Sequence record: PZ509022.1
Reading direction: 5' to 3' (one strand)
Source: a phage
Length of the DNA: 64,000 bases
Numbering within the stretch: the first letter of the stretch is position 1; each line of letters starts with the position of its first letter. This document shows positions 40,656 to 50,645 of this stretch, piece after piece. The notes beneath the pieces were generated by a model that saw nothing but the letters and a program-made list of their open reading frames with translations, was not told where the DNA came from and did no database searches. Position numbers and translations under genes: made by a program.

Positions 40656-41050
40656 CGTGATTCCTTAACAAATTTCATAATTTCATCAAATTCATACATA
40701 TCTAGCTTAAGCTGGTGTTCCTTTTTAATCTTTTTACACTGAGCTTTCCAATCACGTACACGTTTACGATAATGTCTTCCTTGATACCAGTATCCTACCC
40801 AATTTACGGGTACTAATAAAAGTGGAACTATTAATGGAAGAATTAGCATTAACACAAGTATTTCGCCAGAATCAATATCAGTCATAACATCTAAAACACC
40901 TCCAATAATCAATAGAATTACAAATGATATGAGTATAACAGGACCTATTAACACATCAGTAGAAATTATCTGACGCTTTGGTTCATACTTCACAGGTTTA
41001 CTTGGAAGGTATAGTGATGGTTTTGACATATTCTCTACATTCCTTAACAA
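40637..41050 (-). CDS. 2-TM membrane protein, paralog family member (137 aa)
   Basis: two TM segments; C-terminal MKFVKESRCKSQN. Confidence 0.5.
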   Translation of the reverse strand: MLRNVENMSKPSLYLPSKPVKYEPKRQIISTDVLIGPVILISFVILLIIGGVLDVMTDIDSGEILVLMLILPLIVPLLLVPVNWVGYWYQGRHYRKRVRDWKAQCKKIKKEHQLKLDMYEFDEIMKFVKESRCKSQN

Positions 41051-41612
41051 ATTTTTCTAGTAATAAATCACTTTCAAAATTGGGATTTTCTACAAATTTA
41101 TCAAAAAGATCATCAACAATAGTTAAGATATTCTTTTTACTAAGAATACGTTTATTTTCATGCTTCGTTTCAGAATCAACTATAAGAGTAAAGAAATATT
41201 TCTTGCCCTGAAATTTTACAGTAGTATCAATATAAAATAAATTTGACTTTTGTAAATTACGTTTAAACCATGCGTCACTTAAACTATAAACACCGAGATA
41301 ATCAAAATCGTCGTTTAAATAACAAACCGTCCATTCAGGAGAAATGAAATCAGTAAATTCAACATCAAAATCACACGTCAATGAATGAATTGATTCAATA
41401 CTGTTAATGAGTATTCCAGGACGTATTAAAGACTTTTTACCTCTAGAAAATCTTCCGGAAAGGCTTTCATCAGTTTCATATGAAGACCCCCAATAGTAAT
41501 TACGTCCTTCTGCCATGCGTTTAAGAGCATTTAGTAATTGGTCTGGAACATCAACCTGTCTTTGGAACTCTTCAAACATTGAATTGAAATCACTTTGCAT
41601 TTTCATTTTCAT
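40998..41612 (-). CDS. hypothetical protein (204 aa)
   Basis: ORF track. Confidence 0.5.
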   Translation of the reverse strand: MKMKMQSDFNSMFEEFQRQVDVPDQLLNALKRMAEGRNYYWGSSYETDESLSGRFSRGKKSLIRPGILINSIESIHSLTCDFDVEFTDFISPEWTVCYLNDDFDYLGVYSLSDAWFKRNLQKSNLFYIDTTVKFQGKKYFFTLIVDSETKHENKRILSKKNILTIVDDLFDKFVENPNFESDLLLEKFVKECREYVKTITIPSK

Positions 41613-41631
41613 TCCTATTTACTCCAAGTAT

Positions 41632-41649
41632 AAGGGGCCGAAGCCCCTT
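41632..41649 (-). terminator. UUCG-loop hairpin aaggggc-cgaa-gcccctt
   Basis: inverted repeat. Confidence 0.5.
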
Positions 41650-41653
41650 ATCA

Positions 41654-42247
41654 TTATTTCAGAGAATTAATGTATTCCTGAACATCGGCAGAGGTAGTTT
41701 CAACCCCAGAAATATTACCGTTAAAGGTTTCAACTCGAGCAAGGGTATCTTCAATATCAACCTTAGTCAGTGCTGCAATTTCAACTACATCATCAGCAGT
41801 ACTAATTCCAAGGGCATTTGCTGCACGAGTTTCACGGATATATTCCAATTTAACCGCAAGTTCTTGACGAGCATCATCTAACTCAACTACTTTCTTGGCG
41901 ATTTCAATTCGCATTTCAGCATAACCGTCAGCCTTAGTAGTCAACTGCTCAGCTGTTCGACGATATAGTAAACCGAGTTTAGCATGCATTGTTACATCTT
42001 GGCCTTCGGAAAGAAGTTTACGAATTTCACGCTCTTTTGATTCGGCCTGTCGATTCTTTTCGATAACAAGTTCACGAATACGTTTTTCTTCGTTAATAGA
42101 TTTAACAGAAGCAGTTTTTAGATCTTTAATTTTATCAAGTAGTTTTGCTGCTGCAGCAGTATACTGTTCTTCGACAGATAGATTTTTAGCCATAGCAGAA
42201 CCAAGTTTAGTGCGAATAAACTCAACAATTTTCTTCAGTGTGTTCAT
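41654..42247 (-). CDS. hypothetical coiled-coil protein (197 aa)
   Basis: ORF track. Confidence 0.5.
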   Translation of the reverse strand: MNTLKKIVEFIRTKLGSAMAKNLSVEEQYTAAAAKLLDKIKDLKTASVKSINEEKRIRELVIEKNRQAESKEREIRKLLSEGQDVTMHAKLGLLYRRTAEQLTTKADGYAEMRIEIAKKVVELDDARQELAVKLEYIRETRAANALGISTADDVVEIAALTKVDIEDTLARVETFNGNISGVETTSADVQEYINSLK

Positions 42248-42348
42248 AGTATTTCCTTAGGTTAATTGAGATTTAAAATCCGTAGGAGTATAATACTCTA
42301 TCGTCAAATTATAGGCTCATAATATCTCAATCATGAGCCTGCGTAAAC

Positions 42349-42612
42349 TTATTTCATATTATTGAAATATTCTTCTGCGATTTCGTCGTTATCATGGTAA
42401 ACTTTAGAAGACAGTTTAACATAACCTTCTGCTGTGAACATATTAATCACAACTTTTACAGTATACCACTGACCGTCTTCATTACCCATTACTGCGTAAG
42501 TTTCAAACATCGGATGATCAGGACCGATAACTTTAATATCATTCACTGTACGACCGAAATATTCTGAAACGCATTTCATAAAGAAGTTGAACAGTTCGCC
42601 GTAATTATCCAT
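42349..42612 (-). CDS. hypothetical protein (87 aa)
   Basis: ORF 42349..42732 trimmed to MDNYGELF; upstream residues are promoter-repeat read-through. Confidence 0.45.
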   Translation of the reverse strand: MDNYGELFNFFMKCVSEYFGRTVNDIKVIGPDHPMFETYAVMGNEDGQWYTVKVVINMFTAEGYVKLSSKVYHDNDEIAEEYFNNMK

Positions 42613-42654
42613 TTCATTCTCCAAGTTGTTTTCTGTATCAGTAGTTGATAGTTG

Positions 42655-42685
42655 TATAGTACCATGGAAGAACAGAGATGTAAAC
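42655..42685 (-). promoter_or_regulatory. T4-type early promoter (near-identical copy of the 721-751 element)
   Basis: plus tatagtaccatggaagaaca...tgtaaacagttttgtgaaaa. Confidence 0.55.
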
Positions 42686-42797
42686 AGTTTTGTGAAAAAA
42701 TTTTTAGGGAATTCTAGGGCAGGGATGGGCAATTAAAGGATAGGATAATATATTATAAAGGGTATAAACTAAATGATGCCTAGAGAGGTCCAGAAAG

Positions 42798-42826
42798 GCC
42801 TAGATACCAAAAAGCCCTATCATTTA
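42798..42826 (-). terminator. hairpin plus U-run on minus strand
   Basis: rc atccctatc-taaat-gatagggc followed by TTTTT. Confidence 0.5.
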
Positions 42827-42841
42827 GATAGGGATTTAAAA

Positions 42842-43405
42842 TTATTTACCTAGTTTACTTATTATAGCTTCTGCAGCAGCTTTTAGCTTAGATGCAGTGT
42901 TAATACGATTTTTAATTTCAGTATACGCATCGCCAAGAACATCAAGGCTATCAGAATAAACACTTACACTATTGCGTTCGCTATTTGAAATAGAACCTTT
43001 AGTTTTGCGGTCAAAATCGGTGTACACGTCTTGAAGATCGCGGGCTGCCTTCTTTGCATCATCCAATGCATCAAGAGCTTTATTCAAAGCATTAACGTAT
43101 TTTTTAGTGTCGAACATATTCTTAGAAATTTTAACAGGTGCGCGTTCAGGAGTAGCTAACACAGATTTAGGAACCTGAGCGCCAGATGCCAATTTCTTAG
43201 AAATTTTGAAAAATGCTTTATTGAATTTATTTTCTTGACTCATTGTAAAAGAACTATTATCGATGTTGTACATTTCAATAGCTTTAGCTTTCCACTTAAG
43301 AAAATCGCCGCGGTCTTTTGGGTCCAATTGGAAGAATACTTTAGTAAGATCTGCTTCAGATGGTAATTTTGCTGCTTCGGTTAAAAATTCGGCATAGGTT
43401 TTCAT
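42842..43405 (-). CDS. internal-protein-like, N-terminal capsid-targeting-like sequence MKTYAEFLTEA (187 aa)
   Basis: N-terminus resembles the T4 IP targeting peptide as I recall it (MKTYQEFIAEA); Glu-Ala junction consistent with prohead protease processing. Confidence 0.5.
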   Translation of the reverse strand: MKTYAEFLTEAAKLPSEADLTKVFFQLDPKDRGDFLKWKAKAIEMYNIDNSSFTMSQENKFNKAFFKISKKLASGAQVPKSVLATPERAPVKISKNMFDTKKYVNALNKALDALDDAKKAARDLQDVYTDFDRKTKGSISNSERNSVSVYSDSLDVLGDAYTEIKNRINTASKLKAAAEAIISKLGK

Positions 43406-43496
43406 TTAAAATCCTTGAAATAATTTATCGGTTGGTTATTAATTATTTATTACTTTGTTACTATCCGTAACAGCGTTATCCGAGTGATTCAAACTA

Positions 43497-43530
43497 AAAA
43501 GCCCCAACCTTTCGGTCGGGGCTAAGCCTT
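43497..43530 (-). terminator. rho-independent terminator closing the tRNA/stable-RNA unit
   Basis: rc gccccgaccgaaaggttggggc followed by TTTTTAGTTT. Confidence 0.6.
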
Positions 43531-43834
43531 GCGGCAACCTTGTCGGGGTTCCACCTGCTAAGGCAAGTGTTTGTACGAAACGCCGGGATTCGAACCCGGT
43601 TATTAAGCAGTTGACGCTACTCAATATTTTTAAAAGGCCATATCTCGACCATATCCGAACGTTCCGTCAAAAACGCTACTCGGCTTACGGCAAAGATATT
43701 TCCTCGAATCGATAATTCGGTGCGCCGTTTCTGCTGTGATGTAAGGGGATATTAACAAATCGTAAAGATTTGTTAAGACCAGTCCTTACTCAGGGAACAT
43801 CAGTCCGACGACTTACCGGTAGCGACCCGGTTTC
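43531..43834 (-). ncRNA. candidate stable small RNA(s) distal to the tRNA island (analogous to T4 RNA C/D)
   Basis: about 300 nt without credible ORF, locally GC-richer, T-arm-like ccgggTTCGAATcccgg element on minus strand, bounded by a terminator; boundaries approximate. Confidence 0.35.
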
Positions 43835-44185
43835 TTAATATTCTTTTAAAGCATCAATCTGTTCACGGCGTTTACGCCATAAATCAATTGCTTCATACGC
43901 AGATTCAGCATTTCGAATTAGACGGCATTTATATAAAGACTCGTGATTTTGATATTGCGTAGATAACGTAATTTTATCTAAAAGGTCTTTACGTTCAAAG
44001 TATTCGTAACCATCTAAGCCAAATGAACGATTTTTGAGAAATTGCCAATGACCATATTCGTTTTCGACATAAACATAATCCGCGTGTTGATAAAGCAAAT
44101 TAATTACACGTTCAGAAATAACAGTGTCATTGTGATTAAAATAAAATGTTAAATCATGAACTACTAAATAAACATTACCTTTCAT
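43835..44185 (-). CDS. hypothetical protein (116 aa) between tRNA-Arg and the small-RNA region
   Basis: ORF track. Confidence 0.5.
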   Translation of the reverse strand: MKGNVYLVVHDLTFYFNHNDTVISERVINLLYQHADYVYVENEYGHWQFLKNRSFGLDGYEYFERKDLLDKITLSTQYQNHESLYKCRLIRNAESAYEAIDLWRKRREQIDALKEY

Positions 44186-44201
44186 ATTTTCCTCACTTAA
44201 T

Positions 44202-44277
44202 TGGTCGAGGCAGTAGGGATCGAACCTACGACCTAGGACTTAGAAGGTCCTTGCTCTTCCTTCTGAGCTATGCCCCG
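44202..44277 (-). tRNA. tRNA-Arg (anticodon UCU)
   Basis: hand-folded cloverleaf; AC stem AGGAC/GTCCT, loop CTTCTAA; CCA encoded. Confidence 0.8.
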
Positions 44278-44281
44278 TAAT

Positions 44282-44357
44282 TGGGGTGACCGATGGGAGT
44301 CGAACCCATGACTACGAGAATCACAATCTCGAGTTCTACCAACTGAACTACGGCCAC
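44282..44357 (-). tRNA. tRNA-His (anticodon GUG)
   Basis: hand-folded; loop TTGTGAT; T-loop TTCGACT; discriminator C. Confidence 0.7.
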
Positions 44358-44471
44358 ATTAATACCTACTCCAACAATCAAGATGTCTTCACACGAAATT
44401 AAGAGAAGAGTGATCAGTTCAACCCCGATAATCGCGTCAAGTAGATATTAATGTGACAATTGTCACAAATT

Positions 44472-44546
44472 TGGCGGACGTGATAGGATTCGAACCTATA
44501 ACCAATCGCTTAACAGGCGATCGCTCTGCCATTGAGCTACACATCC
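44472..44546 (-). tRNA. tRNA-Asn (anticodon GUU)
   Basis: hand-folded; AC stem ATCGC/GCGAT, loop CTGTTAA. Confidence 0.75.
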
Positions 44547-44550
44547 AAAT

Positions 44551-44637
44551 TGGTGGGGAGTGATGGAGTCGAACCACCCGAGTCGCAATGACAATGGATT
44601 TACAGTCCACACCGCTACCTCTACGGGATAACTCCCC
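44551..44637 (-). tRNA. tRNA-Tyr (anticodon GUA), class II with long variable arm
   Basis: hand-folded; loop CTGTAAA; 15-nt variable arm. Confidence 0.7.
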
Positions 44638-44650
44638 TTAATTCTTAATT

Positions 44651-44725
44651 TGGTGGCCCTGGGTGGAATTGAACCACCATCTGGCGATTATGAGTCGCTT
44701 GCTTGAACCTTCCAGCTACAGGGCC
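44651..44725 (-). tRNA. tRNA with CAU anticodon (Ile2 or Met)
   Basis: hand-folded; loop CTCATAA; order after Ser-Thr matches the T4 Ile position. Confidence 0.7.
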
Positions 44726-44726
44726 T

Positions 44727-44802
44727 TGGTGCTGATTGACGGAATCGAACCGCCGACCTTCTCATTACAAGTGAGTTGCTCTACCTACTGAGCTAAATCA
44801 GC
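44727..44802 (-). tRNA. tRNA-Thr (anticodon UGU)
   Basis: hand-folded; loop CTTGTAA. Confidence 0.75.
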
Positions 44803-44807
44803 AAAAC

Positions 44808-44897
44808 TGGCGGAGGCGATAGGATTTGAACCTATGAGTCGCCGGAGCGACTGCCGGTTTTCAAGACCGGTGCATTAAACCACTCTGCCACGCCTCC
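44808..44897 (-). tRNA. tRNA-Ser (anticodon UGA), class II
   Basis: hand-folded; AC stem CCGGT/ACCGG, loop CTTGAAA, long variable arm. Confidence 0.8.
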
Positions 44898-44900
44898 AAA

Positions 44901-44908
44901 TATTTATA
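44901..44908 (-). promoter_or_regulatory. possible late promoter (rc TATAAATA) between segB and tRNA-Ser
   Basis: plus tatttata; only 4 nt from tRNA 5' end, so uncertain. Confidence 0.25.
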
Positions 44909-45554
44909 TATTGTTAATTTGATTTAGAATTCTTTTTGCTTGAGTATGACTTACACCAATATGCTTAGCATATTTAGATAATTCACCACGCTTAGAAAAA
45001 TCATATAATTTAGAAATTTCTATTCTTCTTTTTCTTTCATCCGCCGAAACTTTTGCTTCGTTTGCTTTTGCTATTTTACGTTTAGCTTCTTGAGAGTGAG
45101 TTTTACCAGCAAAGCCATTCTTCATTAATCCATTTGAAGACCATCCTTTTAATTTTCCGTTAGAATGTGCCTTTTTAACACCCAATGAAATTAATTCGCG
45201 TTGCTGGTCTGTCATAGGATAATTATTTATATGATCCCATCCACCTTCACCACCAAGTTTTAAATTATACACATCTGGTCTATTTAAAAACTCTTCCGTG
45301 ACAATATTTTTCTCGGCTTCAAGCATAGATTCTTTATCATCAAAATACTCTAATATTTCTTTAGAAAAATTTTCTATACCATACTTATCTTGGGCTCTTT
45401 TTAATAATTTACCAGAACCCATATATCCATCATCTAAATTTTCGGTAGAATGCACACCAATATAAATTTTATTATTAATTTTATTTGTTATTTTATAAAG
45501 ATAAAAATGCATATCAGTCCCTAATAAAGAACTGAGCGTCTCACGACGAGTCAT
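44904..45554 (-). CDS. segB: GIY-YIG homing endonuclease SegB (216 aa) inside the tRNA island
   Basis: FYLYKITNKINNKIYIGVH GIY-YIG motif; NUMOD3-like GKTHSQEAKRKIAKA. Confidence 0.85.
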   Translation of the reverse strand: MTRRETLSSLLGTDMHFYLYKITNKINNKIYIGVHSTENLDDGYMGSGKLLKRAQDKYGIENFSKEILEYFDDKESMLEAEKNIVTEEFLNRPDVYNLKLGGEGGWDHINNYPMTDQQRELISLGVKKAHSNGKLKGWSSNGLMKNGFAGKTHSQEAKRKIAKANEAKVSADERKRRIEISKLYDFSKRGELSKYAKHIGVSHTQAKRILNQINNI

Positions 45555-45558
45555 AAAT

Positions 45559-45632
<74 letters not shown>

Positions 45633-45637
45633 AAATT

Positions 45638-45724
45638 TGGTGCGAGAAGTGGGACTCGAACCCACAAGGAAATCATTCCGCAGCATTTTAAGTGCTGTGC
45701 CTTTACCAATTTGACCATTCTCGC
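45638..45724 (-). tRNA. tRNA-Leu (anticodon UAA), class II
   Basis: hand-folded; AC stem CAGCA/TGCTG, loop CTTAAAA. Confidence 0.8.
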
Positions 45725-45725
45725 G

Positions 45726-45799
45726 CTGGGAATAAAGGACTCGAACCTTTGCATCCTGGAATCAAAATCCAGTGCCTTACCAACTTGGCTAATTCCCAA
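45726..45799 (-). tRNA. tRNA-Gln (anticodon UUG), CCA apparently not encoded
   Basis: hand-folded; acceptor TGGGAAT/ATTCCCA, AC stem CTGGA/TCCAG, loop TTTTGAT. Confidence 0.75.
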
Positions 45800-45895
45800 T
45801 TATTAACAAAGGCTCTCAAGCAAGAACCCTTGATGATAGAGGGTATTAATCAGTGCGATATGAGTTAATAATAACAAATAATTCTTAAAGCATAT

Positions 45896-46183
45896 TTACC
45901 ATTTATGATAATACATATTTATGATGCATTCAAGACCCAAAGGATTCTTGAAAATATCATATTCAAGAGGACCTTTTTCTGTTTCAATAAAGAAATCAAA
46001 ATTTACTGTATTAAATTTACGATCTTCCTTTACTAATTTAACCTGCGAAGATGAACGATCAATGTAAACCTTTTCAACTTCAAAACATGTTAAAATGCCA
46101 TAATCATTAATCAAGGCTTTAGCTGCTTCTTGATCATATTTATATCCATTTTCAACAGACGATACTTTTGCATAAAGAATCAT
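45896..46183 (-). CDS. hypothetical protein (95 aa)
   Basis: ORF track. Confidence 0.45.
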   Translation of the reverse strand: MILYAKVSSVENGYKYDQEAAKALINDYGILTCFEVEKVYIDRSSSQVKLVKEDRKFNTVNFDFFIETEKGPLEYDIFKNPLGLECIINMYYHKW

Positions 46184-46185
46184 TA

Positions 46186-46590
46186 TTAACCTTTATCAAC
46201 AATAGTGTGAGTATGGGCATTTACAATTTGCCACCAATCGAAACTATCGCCAAATCGTTTTGATTTATTGTCTTCAATAATTTGACGTAATTCATCTTCT
46301 GTTTCAGCATACGCAATCAAATCATCATATCCACCGCAAGGATAATAATTATCGCCTGCAAACAAAAGAAAATTTACTTTAGATGGGTCTACATAATAAT
46401 GCTCTTTAGGATATTTAGTTCCTTTCCAATCAGTTACTTCAACATAACGGTAAGAAAATCCATTTTTACTTTCAACCCAACTCCACGCTTCAAAAGGAGT
46501 ATTAAAAACTCTATCAGGTATTAAATTACCTTCAAAATGAGAAGGATTTGCATAATCCCCAGCATAAACATAATATTCGTTAATATTCAT
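46186..46590 (-). CDS. hypothetical protein (134 aa)
   Basis: ORF track. Confidence 0.5.
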   Translation of the reverse strand: MNINEYYVYAGDYANPSHFEGNLIPDRVFNTPFEAWSWVESKNGFSYRYVEVTDWKGTKYPKEHYYVDPSKVNFLLFAGDNYYPCGGYDDLIAYAETEDELRQIIEDNKSKRFGDSFDWWQIVNAHTHTIVDKG

Positions 46591-46776
46591 TTATTCACCT
46601 TTAGAAATTTTATCCATAACGATAGCAATTAAACCAATTAAAAATGCTACTACAAGTGAAAAAACATTTTCTGCTGTAGTCAATAATCCGCATATAAATC
46701 CAACAAACATTGAAAAACTAAAAGCAGAAGCAGAAATTGCAATAGCAACATTTCGAATTAATTCACAACGTTTCAT
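46591..46776 (-). CDS. small membrane protein (61 aa)
   Basis: two hydrophobic segments; early promoter upstream. Confidence 0.45.
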   Translation of the reverse strand: MKRCELIRNVAIAISASAFSFSMFVGFICGLLTTAENVFSLVVAFLIGLIAIVMDKISKGE

Positions 46777-46800
46777 TTTATTCTCCTCGGTAGTTGATAG

Positions 46801-46833
46801 GGTAATAGTATCACAACTAAAACCCTATGTAAA
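46801..46833 (-). promoter_or_regulatory. T4-type early promoter
   Basis: plus taatagtatcac ... tgtaaacaactttgtgaaa. Confidence 0.5.
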
Positions 46834-46852
46834 CAACTTTGTGAAATATTTA

Positions 46853-47140
46853 TTACAAAAGATTTTTAGCAATAATCTTGAGATGTGCTGCAGAAATGTG
46901 TTTAGCTTTAAACAACGCAGTTTCTTCGGCAGGAGAGATAACGATTGTAGCACCATCCTTTTTAGCAGACCACCCATCACCTAGGTAAACAGTACCTTTG
47001 ATTTCTTCGCCATCAACCAAGCTAATCATTGGTTTACCTTCTCGTCCTTTATTTGCTTTAATAACTTCAGAAGTAAGAGTAGCCTCGGTAATGGTAGAAA
47101 CCGGGGTAGTTGTAGAAGTAAATTCTTTAAATGTTTTCAT
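46853..47140 (-). CDS. ipI: internal protein I-like (95 aa) with N-terminal MKTFKEF targeting-like peptide
   Basis: 95 aa at the T4 ipI position just upstream of 57B; own early promoter. Confidence 0.55.
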   Translation of the reverse strand: MKTFKEFTSTTTPVSTITEATLTSEVIKANKGREGKPMISLVDGEEIKGTVYLGDGWSAKKDGATIVISPAEETALFKAKHISAAHLKIIAKNLL

Positions 47141-47168
47141 TTTATTTTCCTAATTAATTTTGATGAGA

Positions 47169-47200
47169 TAATAGTATCACTACCTCATCAACGTGTAAAC
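47169..47200 (-). promoter_or_regulatory. T4-type early promoter
   Basis: plus taatagtatcac ... tgtaaacaactttgtgaaa. Confidence 0.5.
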
Positions 47201-47212
47201 AACTTTGTGAAA

Positions 47213-47909
<697 letters not shown>

Positions 47910-47910
<1 letters not shown>

Positions 47911-48635
47911 TATAGTACCTTTAGTGTATTTTTAATTTTAGAAAAAAGTTCTTCAAGAGAACCATCGTTTGTAATTACTAAATCGCCATCACGAATTGGC
48001 AATCCAGCTTCTGTAATATGAGTATCATTGGATTTTTGACCAGGACGAACTACATGAATTACTGTAGCACCCATCGCCCTAGCCGCATCCATTTCATGAT
48101 CTTGACGAGTATCAGGAACGATATAATAATCATAACCTGAGTTAAATTTATCAAGATAATCTAAAGCAAATAATTTTACCCAATACATGCGGTCGAAGTT
48201 ATTAACAATCAAATCCGTACCTAGGGCTTGCATCAGACGACGGACTGACCATTGATCTTCAATATTATTTATAACGTCAGTAATTTTGTTAAATGCTACG
48301 AAATTAACTGATTCTTTTCCTTCGTCATCAAAAACAAACACACCTTTAATTGGGCTTTTGCCGTTAAGATAGCAAAATGCTTGTTCCATAATCGTGATTA
48401 CTTCTAATTTAGTCAGATTTAAATTAGTCTCACGATCATAGTCAATTCCTTCAAACTCTTTACGAGTCAAGCAAGGATAGTCGGTGTTTGCTGCAAATAC
48501 TCCCCATGCATAAGCCAATGCATCCTTAATAGGGCCAGCAAGTTGGTATTTAACTGCAGAATAATTACTCATGATAAAATCAGCAGTAGTATCTTTTCCA
48601 CTACGCTTTACACCGCTTAAAAAGATTAGTTTCAT
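47910..48635 (-). CDS. 1: deoxynucleoside monophosphate kinase gp1 (241 aa)
   Basis: P-loop GVKRSGKDT; start set at MKLIFLSG. Confidence 0.88.
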
Positions 48636-48684
48636 GTGTTTCTCCTCAAATTTAATTAAGATTATAACACACAAAACTGAAGCA

Positions 48685-49215
48685 TTAAACTTCTGCTATA
48701 ATTTTACCATCTTTTTCTACTTGAAAATAGGTGTAAGGAATCGTTGCTGTACATACTAAAGCCGGGTCTGAATCTTCCGTGTAGCTAAATTCTACTTCAG
48801 ATAGGTCAGAAACCCAAGGCTTATAAAAATTTATTGACATCACGATTTCAGTTTTACTATTATCTAAAATGTAAAGCGTAATGTATTCAGGACCTGTTTT
48901 TTGGGCAGTATTTTCGCCTGTAAGATAGTTACTAGTTCCTAGCATCCATTCATACATTCCTATCCACGACTTAAGCTCTTCGTCAACTATAAATCTCACG
49001 ATGAGTGGATCGTACTCAAATGTAACACCTGGACGTTGTGCTCGACCAAGTCCAAACGGCCCAGTCACGGTATCAGTAACAGGTATTCTAATTCCTGGAA
49101 TAGGAACTGACTGAGCATTTAAAGTAAAAGCAGATGTAGTATTACTATGTGGTATTGATACTACAAAGTTAGTTGTATTTGCTTGGTTAAAAATTTGTTG
49201 CAGTGCTTGCGACAT
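48685..49215 (-). CDS. 3: tail completion/sheath stabiliser gp3 (176 aa)
   Basis: ORF trimmed to MSQALQQ; synteny 1-3-2-4. Confidence 0.75.
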   Translation of the reverse strand: MSQALQQIFNQANTTNFVVSIPHSNTTSAFTLNAQSVPIPGIRIPVTDTVTGPFGLGRAQRPGVTFEYDPLIVRFIVDEELKSWIGMYEWMLGTSNYLTGENTAQKTGPEYITLYILDNSKTEIVMSINFYKPWVSDLSEVEFSYTEDSDPALVCTATIPYTYFQVEKDGKIIAEV

Positions 49216-49321
49216 ATATTCCTCATAATGCTTTATAAATGTTGGTGGTATAATGGGTCTAAGTCCCTTCCATTCAATTCCAATTAGAACAAACAATAGA
49301 AAAGAATGGAAGATAATAGAA

Positions 49322-50146
49322 TTAGATATTTGACCAGACTTTGTTTGCAGAGAAACGTTTTCCTTTTGAAACGAACTGCTGAAGTGGCATTAACACAACG
49401 TTCGCCCAGTCTTTCGGGGCGATTTCAACAAGGCTACCCATAATATTACCAGGTATATATGCCTTAATCATTTGGTCTGCACCCCTAAATCCTTTCACTT
49501 GACTCCAATCAATTTTTAATTTCGTTTTATTAGTAATAGTAGGTGTATTTGAATATTGCTTTAAAAGCTCTTCTAGAAACTGTTGACGAGCTTTAGGTGG
49601 AATATAGTGCAAGTTCAATCCGTGCATTAAATTATGCTTACCTAAACCAAGGTAAATTATCAAAGGAAATTTATCCCAGTAAGGAAGAGTTTCCTTGTGT
49701 TTAGCATCATAAGCAAAAGCATATATTCGTCCCGGCTGCGGGCGAACAACCTTATGTCCTTTTACTTGCTTAATAGTTTCAGCAAACCATTTTCTGGTTT
49801 TATTATTAATTGCTGCGCCTTCATTACGAATTTTATCGCGCAATGTTTGTCTGAATGAATTTATCATAAGCAGTTGTCTTTCTTGCTTATTGAGTTTATT
49901 CATTGGTTTTGATTCAAGCTTTTGAATCTTTTCAGCCGTTTTAATTCCTGAAGCATATTTTGACATTGCTGAAGTAAACGTAGAGTATTTGATTCCTCTT
50001 TCTTCAGCAAATTGCTTTCCTGTCATTCCTTTTGCTTTGGCCTTTTTATATTCAAGACCTATCTGAATCCATTTCTTTTCGTTTAATGATTGCTTAACTT
50101 TTGGAACTTGGGGAGTGCTTTCATTAATTATTTGAAAAATAGCCAT
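49322..50146 (-). CDS. 2: DNA end protector gp2 (274 aa)
   Basis: 274 aa, synteny. Confidence 0.8.
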   Translation of the reverse strand: MAIFQIINESTPQVPKVKQSLNEKKWIQIGLEYKKAKAKGMTGKQFAEERGIKYSTFTSAMSKYASGIKTAEKIQKLESKPMNKLNKQERQLLMINSFRQTLRDKIRNEGAAINNKTRKWFAETIKQVKGHKVVRPQPGRIYAFAYDAKHKETLPYWDKFPLIIYLGLGKHNLMHGLNLHYIPPKARQQFLEELLKQYSNTPTITNKTKLKIDWSQVKGFRGADQMIKAYIPGNIMGSLVEIAPKDWANVVLMPLQQFVSKGKRFSANKVWSNI

Positions 50147-50598
50147 TATGCCCCCTTAAAGCCAAGAGCTCGTAATCCATCTTCTGTTAGAATTCTAAAT
50201 TTTATTCCACGCTTTTCAGCTAAAGATTGTGCTGCTTTCCATTTGTCAGTATTAACGGAATATGTATAAATTTCATTCATAAATCTTTTCTTCGCTGCAG
50301 TTGTTAGATGTGCTGGTTTAACCGGTGGTTGTGTTTCTTTTTTAGGTTTTATTTCAATAAAAAATTCTTGTCCAGAAGAATCTTTCATCCAAATATCCAT
50401 GAAGTATCTACGTTTTTTCCCTTCTGCATTACAAAAATAAGGAATTACTGCTGTTTCACTACCCCATGCAATAATTTCTGGATTTTTATCTAACCATTCA
50501 AAAAAGAATTTTTCCCAATTTGATCTATACGTAATTTTTTTAGGGTCACCTCTATACTTTGATATATTTTTAGGAACCCATTTTCCAGAATATGCCAT
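50146..50598 (-). CDS. 4: head completion protein gp4 (150 aa)
   Basis: 150 aa, synteny, late promoter upstream. Confidence 0.8.
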   Translation of the reverse strand: MAYSGKWVPKNISKYRGDPKKITYRSNWEKFFFEWLDKNPEIIAWGSETAVIPYFCNAEGKKRRYFMDIWMKDSSGQEFFIEIKPKKETQPPVKPAHLTTAAKKRFMNEIYTYSVNTDKWKAAQSLAEKRGIKFRILTEDGLRALGFKGA

Positions 50599-50609
50599 TG
50601 GATTCTCCT

Positions 50610-50632
50610 TATAAATAGATAATATATTTATA
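50610..50632. promoter_or_regulatory. divergent late promoters: TATAAATA for gp53 (plus, 50610-50617) and rc TATAAATA for gp4 (minus, 50625-50632)
   Basis: exact TATAAATA on both strands in the 47-nt intergenic gap. Confidence 0.65.
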
Positions 50633-50645
50633 AACAGGAGGGCCC

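Noticed and set aside
43439-43624. 61-aa ORF on the minus strand
   Set aside because: Overlaps the terminator hairpin and the structured RNA region; Gly/Pro/Arg-rich translation typical of GC-rich non-coding sequence
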